Below, in pieces: positions 9,542 to 18,044 of a stretch of DNA of 64,000 nt. Each line of letters opens with the position of its first letter. Within the stretch, counting starts at the first letter, position 1. Under the pieces are notes generated by a model that saw only the letters and a program-made list of their open reading frames with translations, was not told where the DNA came from and ran no database searches. Origin of the DNA: Bacteroidales bacterium (GTDB lineage: Bacteria > Bacteroidota > Bacteroidia > Bacteroidales > UBA3824); assembly GCA_016286055.1 (NCBI GenBank), contig JAEERW010000002.1, forward strand, positions 136,458-200,457, given 5' to 3'. The position numbers and the translations under genes are program-made.

Positions 9542-11296
9542 ATGAGCAAGAACAGCATAACCAAAAGCATTATAACCGCGGCAATAATATCGCTTGCCAC
9601 AGGCGTATCTGCACAGCAGTTGCCAAACTCGTTTAACTATCAGGCGGTAGTTAACGCCGAAGACGGTTCGCCCGTTGCCGCTAAAAAAATAACCGTGGAA
9701 GTATCAATTTTACAAGGCACCGACTGCGACGAAAGCAACTCTTGCCCTGTACTGTGGCAAGAACTCCACTACCCCACCACTAGCGACTTCGGAATGTTTT
9801 CGATAGAGATAGGCTCGTCTTCCGCCACCAACACTTACGGCGGCTCATGTGCTCAATATAGCGACATCGACTGGCTCGACGTGTCGCAAGGATATTATTA
9901 CCTAAAAGTTAGAGCCGATTTTGGGGAATCAGAAAATCTCAACAGCCTTAGCAATTTAGGCACCACCAAATTTTCTGCAGTGCCATACTCTCTGGTGGCT
10001 CAAAAAGCTGATTTTGCTACAAATGCTACAAATGCTACTAACGCCACCAATGCCACAAACGCTATTAATGCTAACACTGCAACCTCAGCCACCACTGCCG
10101 CCACCGCTGACGAAATCAACACAGATGCAAACGGCAAGATACCAAACAAACTAGCGCAGCTCGCTGATGTAGACCTTACTGGAATACAAGCAAATCAAAT
10201 ATTAGTATACGATGGCGCAAAATGGACACCAAAAAACGCCACATCTTCAACTCAAGGTGCTTCGGTATTAAACGAACTCGGTGACGTAACAATTAGTTCT
10301 CCCGCAAATGGACAAGTACTCACCTACAACTCATCATCAAGCAAATGGGAAAACAAAGCCGCCACATCTTCCATCACCAAACTTCAACAACTTACAGGCG
10401 ACGTCAACATAGGCTCCACGATTAACGAAGGCGATGTTCTTACATACACCAGCGGAAAATGGACCAACTCTGTTCCACCAAGTTGGGAAAAAGCAGGAAC
10501 CAACAACATCAAATACACCAAAGGCAATGTTGGCATTGGTAGTGTCAGCAATCCCGACAAATTGCTTGTGGTTGCATCAGCTGATGGATCAACCAAATTA
10601 GATGGCGAATCTATTGTAATGTCAGAAGGCAGAATTGCAATGAGTAGCGGTTCGGCAGAAGGAGCGGGTTCTATCGCTAGCGGTTCCGGATGTAGGGCGG
10701 TGGGCTCAAACTCCATAGCTGTGGGAGAAAGCAACTTAGCATCACAAGAGCACGCCGTACTATTTGGCAAAGCATTGACAAGTTCAAGCTCAAACCAATT
10801 AGTAGTAGGAATTGCTAACGATCCATCAGATGTTGGGTTATTTGTTGTTGGAGGAGGAGACGCAAACGCTTCAGTAAGAAAAAACGCTTTTTCTGTTTCA
10901 AAAACTGGCAATATCATCTACGCGGGAACCATAAATGGATCCTCCGACCGCCGCTTAAAAACCAACATCACACCGCTCGAAAAATCGCTCGACAAAGTGA
11001 TGAAACTCAACGGTGTAACATTCAACTGGGACCAGTCGGTGAGTCACAATGTAAACGCTTCCACCACACTGCAATACGGATTTATAGCTCAAGAGCTTGA
11101 AAATATTATTCCCGAACTAGTAAGCGACGGACCCGACGGATACAAGACAGTCAATTACATTGGCGTAATTCCCGTGCTTACTCAGGCCATCCAAGAGCAA
11201 CAGCAAGAGATTGAGCAACTTAAAGACGAAAACAAAAAACTCAACGAAACAGTTGAAGCTCTCTTGAAACGTGTTGAGGCTTTAGAAAAGAAATAA
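9542..11296 (+). CDS. Tail-fibre-like surface protein with C-terminal peptidase S74 intramolecular-chaperone domain and terminal coiled coil
   Basis: 584 aa with a signal peptide and an ATN tripeptide repeat. The S74/endosialidase-chaperone pattern starts at GSSDRRLKTNITPLE..LNGVTFNW..YGFIAQELENIIPELV..YKTVNYIGVIPVLTQAIQEQ. A heptad tail follows (EIEQLKDENKKLNETVEALLKRVEALEKK). I recognised no T9SS CTD. Confidence 0.8.
   Translation: MSKNSITKSIITAAIISLATGVSAQQLPNSFNYQAVVNAEDGSPVAAKKITVEVSILQGTDCDESNSCPVLWQELHYPTTSDFGMFSIEIGSSSATNTYGGSCAQYSDIDWLDVSQGYYYLKVRADFGESENLNSLSNLGTTKFSAVPYSLVAQKADFATNATNATNATNATNAINANTATSATTAATADEINTDANGKIPNKLAQLADVDLTGIQANQILVYDGAKWTPKNATSSTQGASVLNELGDVTISSPANGQVLTYNSSSSKWENKAATSSITKLQQLTGDVNIGSTINEGDVLTYTSGKWTNSVPPSWEKAGTNNIKYTKGNVGIGSVSNPDKLLVVASADGSTKLDGESIVMSEGRIAMSSGSAEGAGSIASGSGCRAVGSNSIAVGESNLASQEHAVLFGKALTSSSSNQLVVGIANDPSDVGLFVVGGGDANASVRKNAFSVSKTGNIIYAGTINGSSDRRLKTNITPLEKSLDKVMKLNGVTFNWDQSVSHNVNASTTLQYGFIAQELENIIPELVSDGPDGYKTVNYIGVIPVLTQAIQEQQQEIEQLKDENKKLNETVEALLKRVEALEKK
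10016..10108 (+). repeat. Imperfect 9-nt tandem repeat encoding (Ala-Thr/Ile/Asn-Asn/Thr)n inside the tail-fibre-like gene
   Basis: The sequence reads gctacaaat gctacaaat gctactaac gccaccaat gccacaaac gctattaat gctaacact gcaacctca gccaccact gccgccacc. Synonymous variation occurs between units. Confidence 0.85.
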
Positions 11297-11299
11297 TAG

Positions 11300-11833
11300 T
11301 TATATATTTTTGCTGATGAGTTGGAAAACATGTTCGTCTTTCCAACCATCGGCAGAAAGATGCCATTGCTTGAACACCCCGCACTCTACAAACCCAAGCG
11401 ATTTAAAGAGTGCTATGCTCGCAGCATTATCAGAAAATACGCGGGCATACAATTGGTGAAAATGCAGATAATTAAAACAATAATCAATTAAAAGATTCAT
11501 AGCATTGGTGGCAATTTTTTTGCCACGCGCCGACGGCTCGTTTACCGAAATGCCCACAGCAGCACGCATATCAAACGGCTCAAAATCAAATACATCTACC
11601 AAACCGACTGGCAAAGTCAGAGCATTGCTCTCTATTACAAAACGAAACTGACGCATTTCGTATATATCGCGCTGTGCCGAATCGTTGATATAATTGGTAA
11701 GGGCGAATTTTGAATACGGCAGGGTAGTGTAACTCACGTCCCAAATTGTCGGATCGTTTTCCCACTTATAAAGAATATCAATGTCGGAGGGTTCAAGCGG
11801 GCGGAGGGTTACAATATCGTTTTTAAGCAACAT
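11300..11833 (-). CDS. GNAT-family N-acetyltransferase (RimJ/RimL-like)
   Basis: 177 aa with the typical layout (LRPLEPSDIDILYKWENDP.. and GKKIATNAMNLLIDYCFN..LHQLYARVFSDNAASIALFKSLGF). Confidence 0.75.
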   Translation of the reverse strand: MLLKNDIVTLRPLEPSDIDILYKWENDPTIWDVSYTTLPYSKFALTNYINDSAQRDIYEMRQFRFVIESNALTLPVGLVDVFDFEPFDMRAAVGISVNEPSARGKKIATNAMNLLIDYCFNYLHFHQLYARVFSDNAASIALFKSLGFVECGVFKQWHLSADGWKDEHVFQLISKNI

Positions 11834-11845
11834 GGTTTCAATGTG

Positions 11846-12385
11846 TTAAATATCGGTAAGACCTTCGGGAATAGATATTTTTATTGTTTTGGAGTCCTCA
11901 TCAGCATTGAGCACCTCAATAGCCAAAAGCGGAATCAGAATCTCCTTTGCGCCGCCGTCAACCACCAAGAGCGGATTGCCCGGAATATCGTCAACGCCTT
12001 TGATCGTACCAAGAATAACATTATTTTGGTCGTATGCGGTATAATCTTCATACTCAAACACCTCTTCGTCTTCCTCTGCAATATCAAGGCTTTCGGTGAG
12101 GGCATACACGCTGCAACCGATAAGCTTAGAGGCGTTTTTCTGCGATTTAATAGTTGAAAATCGAAGCGACACAGTCTTTTTGTTATAAAAAACCGAGTCG
12201 TCTTCAATAAAGAAAGGAACCAAGTACCCGTCGATATCAACGAGCACAGGTTCCTCAGTAATAATTTCAAGGAATGGTGATTCAAGATTAAGAACCACGC
12301 CTCCGTTGCTTCCTAAATAGTTGTAGATAGTGGCAATTTTGGTAAGGTTGCCACGATCCAAATACTTATTCGGCTTTAGGTTCAT
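11846..12385 (-). CDS. rimM: 16S rRNA processing protein RimM
   Basis: C-terminal PRC-barrel pattern ([26 protein letters not shown]). The position immediately downstream of rpsP is classic. I moved the start to ATG 12385 ([18 protein letters not shown]..), because the longer track ORF overlaps rpsP with an Arg/Lys-rich artefactual extension. Confidence 0.8.
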   Translation of the reverse strand: MNLKPNKYLDRGNLTKIATIYNYLGSNGGVVLNLESPFLEIITEEPVLVDIDGYLVPFFIEDDSVFYNKKTVSLRFSTIKSQKNASKLIGCSVYALTESLDIAEEDEEVFEYEDYTAYDQNNVILGTIKGVDDIPGNPLLVVDGGAKEILIPLLAIEVLNADEDSKTIKISIPEGLTDI

Positions 12386-12920
12386 CAGCGGGAGCTTCTG
12401 TTGCTTGTGCTTCTGTAGCCTCACTTGCAGCATCAGCTTCGGCTTTAGCAGCAGCCTCAGCCTCAGCTTTCTTCTTGCTAATTTCAGCAAGCTTAGCTTC
12501 CTTAACTTTGCTTTCAGCCTCTAAGCGTTTAGCATTGTCAGCTTTCTTTTTGCTGTCGGCGCTTTCTTTAACGGCGTTGAGCTTGTTTTCTTTGTTTTTG
12601 AGCCACTCGTTGAATTTAGCCTCGGCTTGAGCCTCGGTGAGAGCGTTTTTCTTAACGCCACGCAACAGGTGGTCTTTGAGGAGCACTCCCTTGCTCGAAA
12701 GGAGCGTTCTGCAAGTGTCGGTAGGTTGAGCGCCTGTCTGAATCCAATACAATGCGCGGTCGAACTTGATGTCAACCTGTGCAGGATTGGTGTTAGGATT
12801 GTAAGTTCCTACTTTTTCAATGAATCGGCCATCTCGTGGCGCTCTTGAGTCGGCAACTACTATCGAATAGTATGCGTAGCCCTTCTTACCGTGTCTTGCT
12901 AATCTAATTTTAACAGGCAT
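12366..12920 (-). CDS. rpsP: 30S ribosomal protein S16 with Lys/Ala/Glu-rich C-terminal extension
   Basis: [42 protein letters not shown].. is an unmistakable S16 N-terminus. The ~90-aa charged tail is typical of Bacteroidota. Confidence 0.95.
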   Translation of the reverse strand: MPVKIRLARHGKKGYAYYSIVVADSRAPRDGRFIEKVGTYNPNTNPAQVDIKFDRALYWIQTGAQPTDTCRTLLSSKGVLLKDHLLRGVKKNALTEAQAEAKFNEWLKNKENKLNAVKESADSKKKADNAKRLEAESKVKEAKLAEISKKKAEAEAAAKAEADAASEATEAQATEAPADEPKAE

Positions 12921-12963
12921 GATGTTTTTGTTTTTGTAATTGTTATATAAAAATTTTCGGCTG

Positions 12964-12971
12964 CAAAATTA
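12964..12971 (-). promoter_or_regulatory. Bacteroidota-type -7 promoter box TAATTTTG upstream of rpsP
   Basis: The reverse complement of caaaatta matches the TAnnTTTG consensus. It lies 44 nt upstream of the rpsP ATG. Confidence 0.55.
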
Positions 12972-12976
12972 CACTT

Positions 12977-13897
12977 TTATTTTGTATCTACAAATATTTT
13001 TAGCGAAGATGATAAAATTTTTACTTCCAAAGGCGTAGTGCCCACAAGTTCACCGTCGAGTTCTATGTCGATTTGTTTATTATCTATCGACTCAATGAGG
13101 CAGGATATGGTTTTGCGGTAAAAGATTTTGTCGGCAAAGACGAACTTGCATTGGCGTACTTTGTTGATCTGTGCCATAAATTTGGGAAACGACAGTTTTT
13201 TGATAAAAACAATATCCAACAGTTCGTCGTTGATTTCTGAATGCGGAGAGATACCGAATCCACCGCCAAAATACTTTCCGTTGGCAACGCACATTACAGA
13301 CATAGGCCCATCAACGGTATAATCCTCGGTAGTAAGCCTTACTTTGATTTGGGGAGGGGCAAACATAGTGGCCACGGCCGACATTATATAAGCCATAGTG
13401 CCTGGAAATTTCTTGGCAAACCTTTCAGCCTTTGATATAACGGAAGGTCCAAGCCCTATGTCGCAGGTGTTTATAAAGTAGCGTGAAGTTTGTTCACCGC
13501 TGTGATTGACGTATTTAGCATTGGCAACATCGGCAATGATATAATCTTCGTTGTTGATTTTTTCAATCAGTCGTTTATAGTTGAATCCAGCATGGATAGT
13601 GCGCGAAAGGTCGTTGCCAGTACCGAATGGAATCACTGCCATAGCTGGTAACCTTGAAATGTCGGCATTGTCGACAACTATGCCGTTGACCACCTCGTTG
13701 ATTGTGCCATCGCCACCTACGGTTAGGATTGTATCAACACCATCGGCTACCGCCTGTTTGGCAAGCATTGTGGCGGTGTCTTTTTCGGTAATATAACTCT
13801 TCAGATCAAATGTAGAGGCGAAATTATGCTCAATCTCTTCCTTCATCTGTGCTGCGTGTTTGTTTTTGCCGCAGATTATGGCTGTTACTTTTTTCAT
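12977..13897 (-). CDS. Diacylglycerol-kinase-family lipid kinase (YegS/BmrU-like)
   Basis: 306 aa with the DAGK catalytic motif (ILTVGGDGTINEVVNG) and PFGTGNDLSR. Confidence 0.8.
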   Translation of the reverse strand: MKKVTAIICGKNKHAAQMKEEIEHNFASTFDLKSYITEKDTATMLAKQAVADGVDTILTVGGDGTINEVVNGIVVDNADISRLPAMAVIPFGTGNDLSRTIHAGFNYKRLIEKINNEDYIIADVANAKYVNHSGEQTSRYFINTCDIGLGPSVISKAERFAKKFPGTMAYIMSAVATMFAPPQIKVRLTTEDYTVDGPMSVMCVANGKYFGGGFGISPHSEINDELLDIVFIKKLSFPKFMAQINKVRQCKFVFADKIFYRKTISCLIESIDNKQIDIELDGELVGTTPLEVKILSSSLKIFVDTK

Positions 13898-14634
13898 AGG
13901 ACAAATGTTTTGAGTAATAGTGTTCCTTCGCTCAGTTCTGCATAGGGCGATGATTTAAACCAAACGCCAGTGTTTATGTATGTTACATTGTTGTCAAGAG
14001 GATATTCCACGGCGCAATGACGATGCCCAAAGATATAATAATCGGCGTTAATTTTTGGCATTATTTCGCGGATATGCTCCACAAGCCACTCTTTTTCGCC
14101 GTGAAATTCTGGACTGCGCTCGTAGGCGTTGCGGCTTAGCGACCATTTGCTACCTAACCACAGCGCAAAATTTGGATGAAGCAAATTAGAAAACATCCAC
14201 TGCAACAGTCGGTTGGTAAAAATAGCCTTCATTATCTTGTATTTGCGGTCGTGATGTCCGAGTCCGTCACCGTGACCAAGATAGAGTTTTTTACCCTGAA
14301 TTTCAAATAGTTGCGGTTTACGAATTATCTCCGCTCCTATCTCGTCGGCTAAATAATGGTATGCCCAAATATCGTGGTTGCCTGTAAAAAAATATAGTTT
14401 TGTGCCGTTATCTACCAATTCGGCAAGTTTGGCAAGAAATTTTACAAAGCCCTTTGGCACAGCACGTTTCCATTCGTACCAAAAATCAAATATATCACCC
14501 AAGAGAAACAATTGCTGTGCGTTTGGCTTAATAAAATCGAGCCAAGCGATAATGCGGCGTTCTCTTTCGAGCGAAATTTCCCTATTGGGTGCTCCAAGAT
14601 GAAAATCCGATGCAAAATAGGCTTTGTCTTTCAC
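13894..14634 (-). CDS. lpxH: UDP-2,3-diacylglucosamine hydrolase
   Basis: Calcineurin-like metallophosphoesterase motifs (FASDFHLG, LLGDIFDFWYEW, GNHD, GHGD, GHRH). The track ORF begins at a TTG overlapping aroC. A GTG at 14634 (MKDKAYFASDFHLG) or a TTG at 14640 is more plausible, so the start is uncertain. Confidence 0.8.
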   Translation of the reverse strand: MKDKAYFASDFHLGAPNREISLERERRIIAWLDFIKPNAQQLFLLGDIFDFWYEWKRAVPKGFVKFLAKLAELVDNGTKLYFFTGNHDIWAYHYLADEIGAEIIRKPQLFEIQGKKLYLGHGDGLGHHDRKYKIMKAIFTNRLLQWMFSNLLHPNFALWLGSKWSLSRNAYERSPEFHGEKEWLVEHIREIMPKINADYYIFGHRHCAVEYPLDNNVTYINTGVWFKSSPYAELSEGTLLLKTFVL

Positions 14635-14647
14635 ATTCAATAATTTA

Positions 14648-15643
14648 CTATTTTGTAAAAACCCTCTTTGCCGTTTGCGCCACAAGACTGAGGTCGGCAA
14701 GGGCAATGGCTGCCGCAGCCTCTAAAACGGGTGGCACACGAAGCACGATACATAAATCGTGACGACCTTGAATTACAAGCGGTTCCACTTTTCCGTCTTT
14801 TATATTAAAGGTATCTTGCGACAAAGAAATGCTTGGCGTTGGCTTAACTGCCACACGAAAAACAATAGGATTGCCGTTGGAAATGCCGCCGTTGATACCT
14901 CCTGCGTTATTGGTTTCGGTGCGTCCGTCGGCATCAATAATATTGTCGTTGTTTTGGCTACCGGTCATTTTGGCTACATTAAACCCTGCGCCAAACTCAA
15001 TGCCCTTGATGGCAGGAATTGAAAAAGCCATTCTACTAATTTCGGATTCTACCGACGAGAAAAATGGTTCACCCAAGCCCACAGGAACGTTATTAATGGT
15101 ACATTCTACAATGCCGCCAATGGAATCGTGAGTTTCAACTGCCTTAGCCACAGCAGATTCGATATCTTTGCTGCCGCCCACTTCTAATATTTGGGCGTTG
15201 ACATTCATAGGCGCGATGATTTTTTTGGCAATTACACCTGCCGCCACAAGACCGAGCGTTATGCGACCCGAGAAATGTCCTCCGCCGGTGTAGTCGTTGA
15301 AACCGCCATACTTAACACGTGCCACAAAATCGGCGTGACCTGGGCGCGGATGGTCGAACAATTGCGAATAATCTTTGCTCTTGGTGTTGTTGTTATGAAA
15401 CAGAATAGTGATGGGCGCACCTGTGGTATGTCCTTGAAATACGCCGCTAACTATCTGCGGAAGGTCGTCTTCTTTGCGAGGTGTGGTGCCTTTTGCACCT
15501 GATTTTCTACGGGCAAGGTCTTCGGCAAAATCGTCTTCGGTGAGCGGAATACCAGTCGGACAGCCGTCTACGCAGCATCCAAGTGCCACTCCGTGCGATT
15601 CGCCAAATATCGACACCTTATATATATTACCTATTGTGTTCAT
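14648..15643 (-). CDS. aroC: Chorismate synthase
   Basis: N-terminus IFGESHGVALGCCVDGCPTGIPL, plus RPGHADF and GGGHFSGRIT motifs. Confidence 0.9.
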   Translation of the reverse strand: MNTIGNIYKVSIFGESHGVALGCCVDGCPTGIPLTEDDFAEDLARRKSGAKGTTPRKEDDLPQIVSGVFQGHTTGAPITILFHNNNTKSKDYSQLFDHPRPGHADFVARVKYGGFNDYTGGGHFSGRITLGLVAAGVIAKKIIAPMNVNAQILEVGGSKDIESAVAKAVETHDSIGGIVECTINNVPVGLGEPFFSSVESEISRMAFSIPAIKGIEFGAGFNVAKMTGSQNNDNIIDADGRTETNNAGGINGGISNGNPIVFRVAVKPTPSISLSQDTFNIKDGKVEPLVIQGRHDLCIVLRVPPVLEAAAAIALADLSLVAQTAKRVFTK

Positions 15644-15783
15644 CTGGTGTTAATAATGTGTTTGTAATGCAAAGAAAAGTGTTTTTTTTGTTTTTTTCAA
15701 TAAAATGCTTAAAAAAAATGCAGTTCCGTTGCTTAAAAGCGAAACTGCATAATCTTAACTATCAAACTATTATCACTATTTAT

Positions 15784-17607
15784 CTATCTTCTACGTTTTT
15801 TGCCACCGCGGAAAAAGTCGTCGGCTTCGGCTTTGTGGCGGCGACGGCTGCGGCTCTCGTTGTCGCGACGACGCTCTTTGTGTTCCTTGCGGTCTTTGCG
15901 TTTTTTGCCGTCAAAATCTTTGTTGCGATCGCTATCTTTTTCGCGTCCTTCGTGTGCGCCGGTGGATGATGCTACCTCAACCGAAATTTCACGACCGTCG
16001 AAGTTTGCACCGTTCATTGCGTCTACAACCTCTTTCTCGTGGTCGGTGTCAACCTCAAAGAATGAGAAATTGCGCATTATATCTATCTGACCTATAATAA
16101 CATCGCGGTTGTTGACAATGCGGTTTGTAAAGCCCATCATCTTGGCAGGTGTAAGGTCGTCTTTGGTGCCGAGACTTACAAAAAGGCGAGAATATTTAAC
16201 CTTTTCGCGGCGGAAACTGCCTTTCTCTTTGCCGCCCCTGTCGCGTTTACCTTTTTCGCGGCGACCTTCGCTTTCGGCAGATGCGTCCACATTGATGTCG
16301 GATGCGTTGCGGTAATAATCAAGAAAACGGTTAAACTCCATCGAAACAAATTTCTTGATAATATCCTCGCGGCTCATATCGGCGAGTTTTTCGGCAATGC
16401 GTTCCTCAAAAACCGAAATTTGTTTTTCGTCGATTTCTACATTGCGCATTTTGTCGATAAGGTCCATCAACTGTATCTCGCAGATTTCCTTACCGTTAGG
16501 AACTGGCTTCTGCTCAAATTTCTTTTTGCAAATGCGTTCAATATCTTTAAGTTTGCCTTTTTCTTTAAGGTGGATAATCGAAATTGAAATACCCGAACGG
16601 CCTGCGCGACCAGTACGTCCGCTGCGGTGGATATAAACCTCAGGGTCGTCGGGGAGGTTATAATTAATAACGTGTGTAAGTTCGTTAACGTCTAAACCAC
16701 GGGCAGCCACGTCGGTAGCCACAAGTATTTGCAGGTGCTTGCTGCGGAAACGCTGCATAACGTTGTCGCGCTGAGCCTGCGAAAGGTCGCCGTGAAGGGC
16801 ATCGGCATTGTAACCATCTGCCATCAACTTATCTGCCACCTCTTTGCACTCCATACGGGTGCGGCAGAATACTATGGCATAAATATCGGGGTTGACGTCG
16901 GCAATACGTTTGAGAGCCTCGTAACGGTCTTTGGAACGTACCATAAAGTAATGATGCTCAACGTTTTCGGCACCAATATTCTTTTGGGCAACGGCAATTT
17001 CCTCAGGGTCTTTCATATAACTGTGCGCCATACGCTCAATGTCAGCGGGCATAGTGGCAGAAAAGAGGAAAGTGCGCTTTTCTTGCGGAGTTTCGGCAAG
17101 GATAGTATCAAGATCCTCTTTGAAACCCATACTCAACATCTCGTCGGCTTCGTCTAATACAAGCCACTGAATAGTGTTGATTTTTAAGGCTTTACGTTTC
17201 ATCAAGTCGATAGCGCGACCCGGAGTGGCAACCACTATTTGAGCACGTTTTTTAAGCGATTTAATCTGAGTTTCGATGCTTGCGCCACCGTAAACAGGCA
17301 CGATTTCAAGACCTTTGAGATACTTAGAATAGTTTTTCAAGTCGCCAGTAATCTGCAAACAGAGTTCGCGTGTTGGACAAAGCACAAGCAACTGAGTATC
17401 TGCAACATCAACATCAAGCATATTAAGCACGGGCAAACCAAAAGCGGCGGTTTTGCCTGTACCTGTTTGTGCGAGAGCGATAAGGTCGCGGTTTTGTGTT
17501 GTGATAAAAGGGACGGTCTTCTCCTGAATGGGGGTAAGGTTTTCAAAACCCATTTCAGTAACCGCATCGATAATTTGCTTTTTCAAGCCGGTTTCTTCGA
17601 ATGTCAT
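15784..17607 (-). CDS. deaD: DEAD-box ATP-dependent RNA helicase (DeaD/CsdA-like) with DbpA-type RNA-binding domain and Arg/Lys-rich tail
   Basis: Q-motif, AQTGTGKTAAF, DEAD (VLDEADEML), SAT and HRSGRTGRAG motifs. The C-terminal tail is basic (RKDRKEHKERRRDNESRSRRRHK). Confidence 0.9.
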   Translation of the reverse strand: MTFEETGLKKQIIDAVTEMGFENLTPIQEKTVPFITTQNRDLIALAQTGTGKTAAFGLPVLNMLDVDVADTQLLVLCPTRELCLQITGDLKNYSKYLKGLEIVPVYGGASIETQIKSLKKRAQIVVATPGRAIDLMKRKALKINTIQWLVLDEADEMLSMGFKEDLDTILAETPQEKRTFLFSATMPADIERMAHSYMKDPEEIAVAQKNIGAENVEHHYFMVRSKDRYEALKRIADVNPDIYAIVFCRTRMECKEVADKLMADGYNADALHGDLSQAQRDNVMQRFRSKHLQILVATDVAARGLDVNELTHVINYNLPDDPEVYIHRSGRTGRAGRSGISISIIHLKEKGKLKDIERICKKKFEQKPVPNGKEICEIQLMDLIDKMRNVEIDEKQISVFEERIAEKLADMSREDIIKKFVSMEFNRFLDYYRNASDINVDASAESEGRREKGKRDRGGKEKGSFRREKVKYSRLFVSLGTKDDLTPAKMMGFTNRIVNNRDVIIGQIDIMRNFSFFEVDTDHEKEVVDAMNGANFDGREISVEVASSTGAHEGREKDSDRNKDFDGKKRKDRKEHKERRRDNESRSRRRHKAEADDFFRGGKKRRR

Positions 17608-17724
17608 TTTGTATAATTATTTTAGATGAAGAGCCTTTCCCCTGTAATAAAAAGGCAACTGCCCTCTCACCCAAAAAATTTTCGACACGGGGAAACGCTC
17701 GAAATATTCCTTAAATTGCGGCTG

Positions 17725-17732
17725 CAAAATTA
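17725..17732 (-). promoter_or_regulatory. -7 promoter box TAATTTTG upstream of deaD, implying a leader of roughly 110 nt
   Basis: The reverse complement of caaaatta matches TAnnTTTG. It is embedded in a 14-nt string (TAATTTTGCAGCCG) identical to the one upstream of rpsP. Confidence 0.5.
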
Positions 17733-17928
17733 GAGATTATTTTATCTTTTTGAAAATCGGAATGTTAAATAAAAAAGATTTTTGGGTTAATGAATACCCC
17801 CCTCAATCACCACCATCTCTACTTCGTAAATTACCAATACTAATTCTATTTTCCGCAAATATACCTCACTTTCACATAACGACAAAACAAAACTCCATAT
17901 TTTTACCCTATTGGCTCAGTTATTAAAT

Positions 17929-18001
17929 CGGATAGTTGGCTGTAACTATAAAAAATTTCATAGTTACAGCCAACTATTTTTAAAATAAGTGGCTGTAACT
18001 A
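17929..18001 (+). repeat. 73-nt direct repeat copy 1 (perfect 18-bp inverted repeat, 10-nt loop, plus a third GGCTGTAACTA half-site)
   Basis: The stem arms are atagttggctgtaactat (17932-17949) and atagttacagccaactat (17960-17977). 70 of 73 nt are identical to copy 2 at 19473-19545. Confidence 0.9.
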
Positions 18002-18011
18002 ATATTTTTTG

Positions 18012-18019
18012 TATATTTG
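18012..18019 (+). promoter_or_regulatory. -7 promoter box TATATTTG upstream of the AAA ATPase gene
   Basis: Matches TAnnTTTG and lies 26 nt upstream of ATG 18045. Confidence 0.5.
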
Positions 18020-18044
18020 CAGCGTGGTATCAAAACTTAATATT

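Noticed and set aside
11846-12490. N-terminal extensions given by the ORF track for rimM. The same applies to rlmH (33867), rpe (22796), sbcD (52071), GH94 (49179), the histone-like gene (51784), the ATPase (18009) and the hypothetical gene at 21164.
   Set aside because: The extensions overlap upstream genes, terminators or promoter boxes, and they lack similarity to the known N-termini. Internal ATG starts that reproduce canonical N-termini were preferred.
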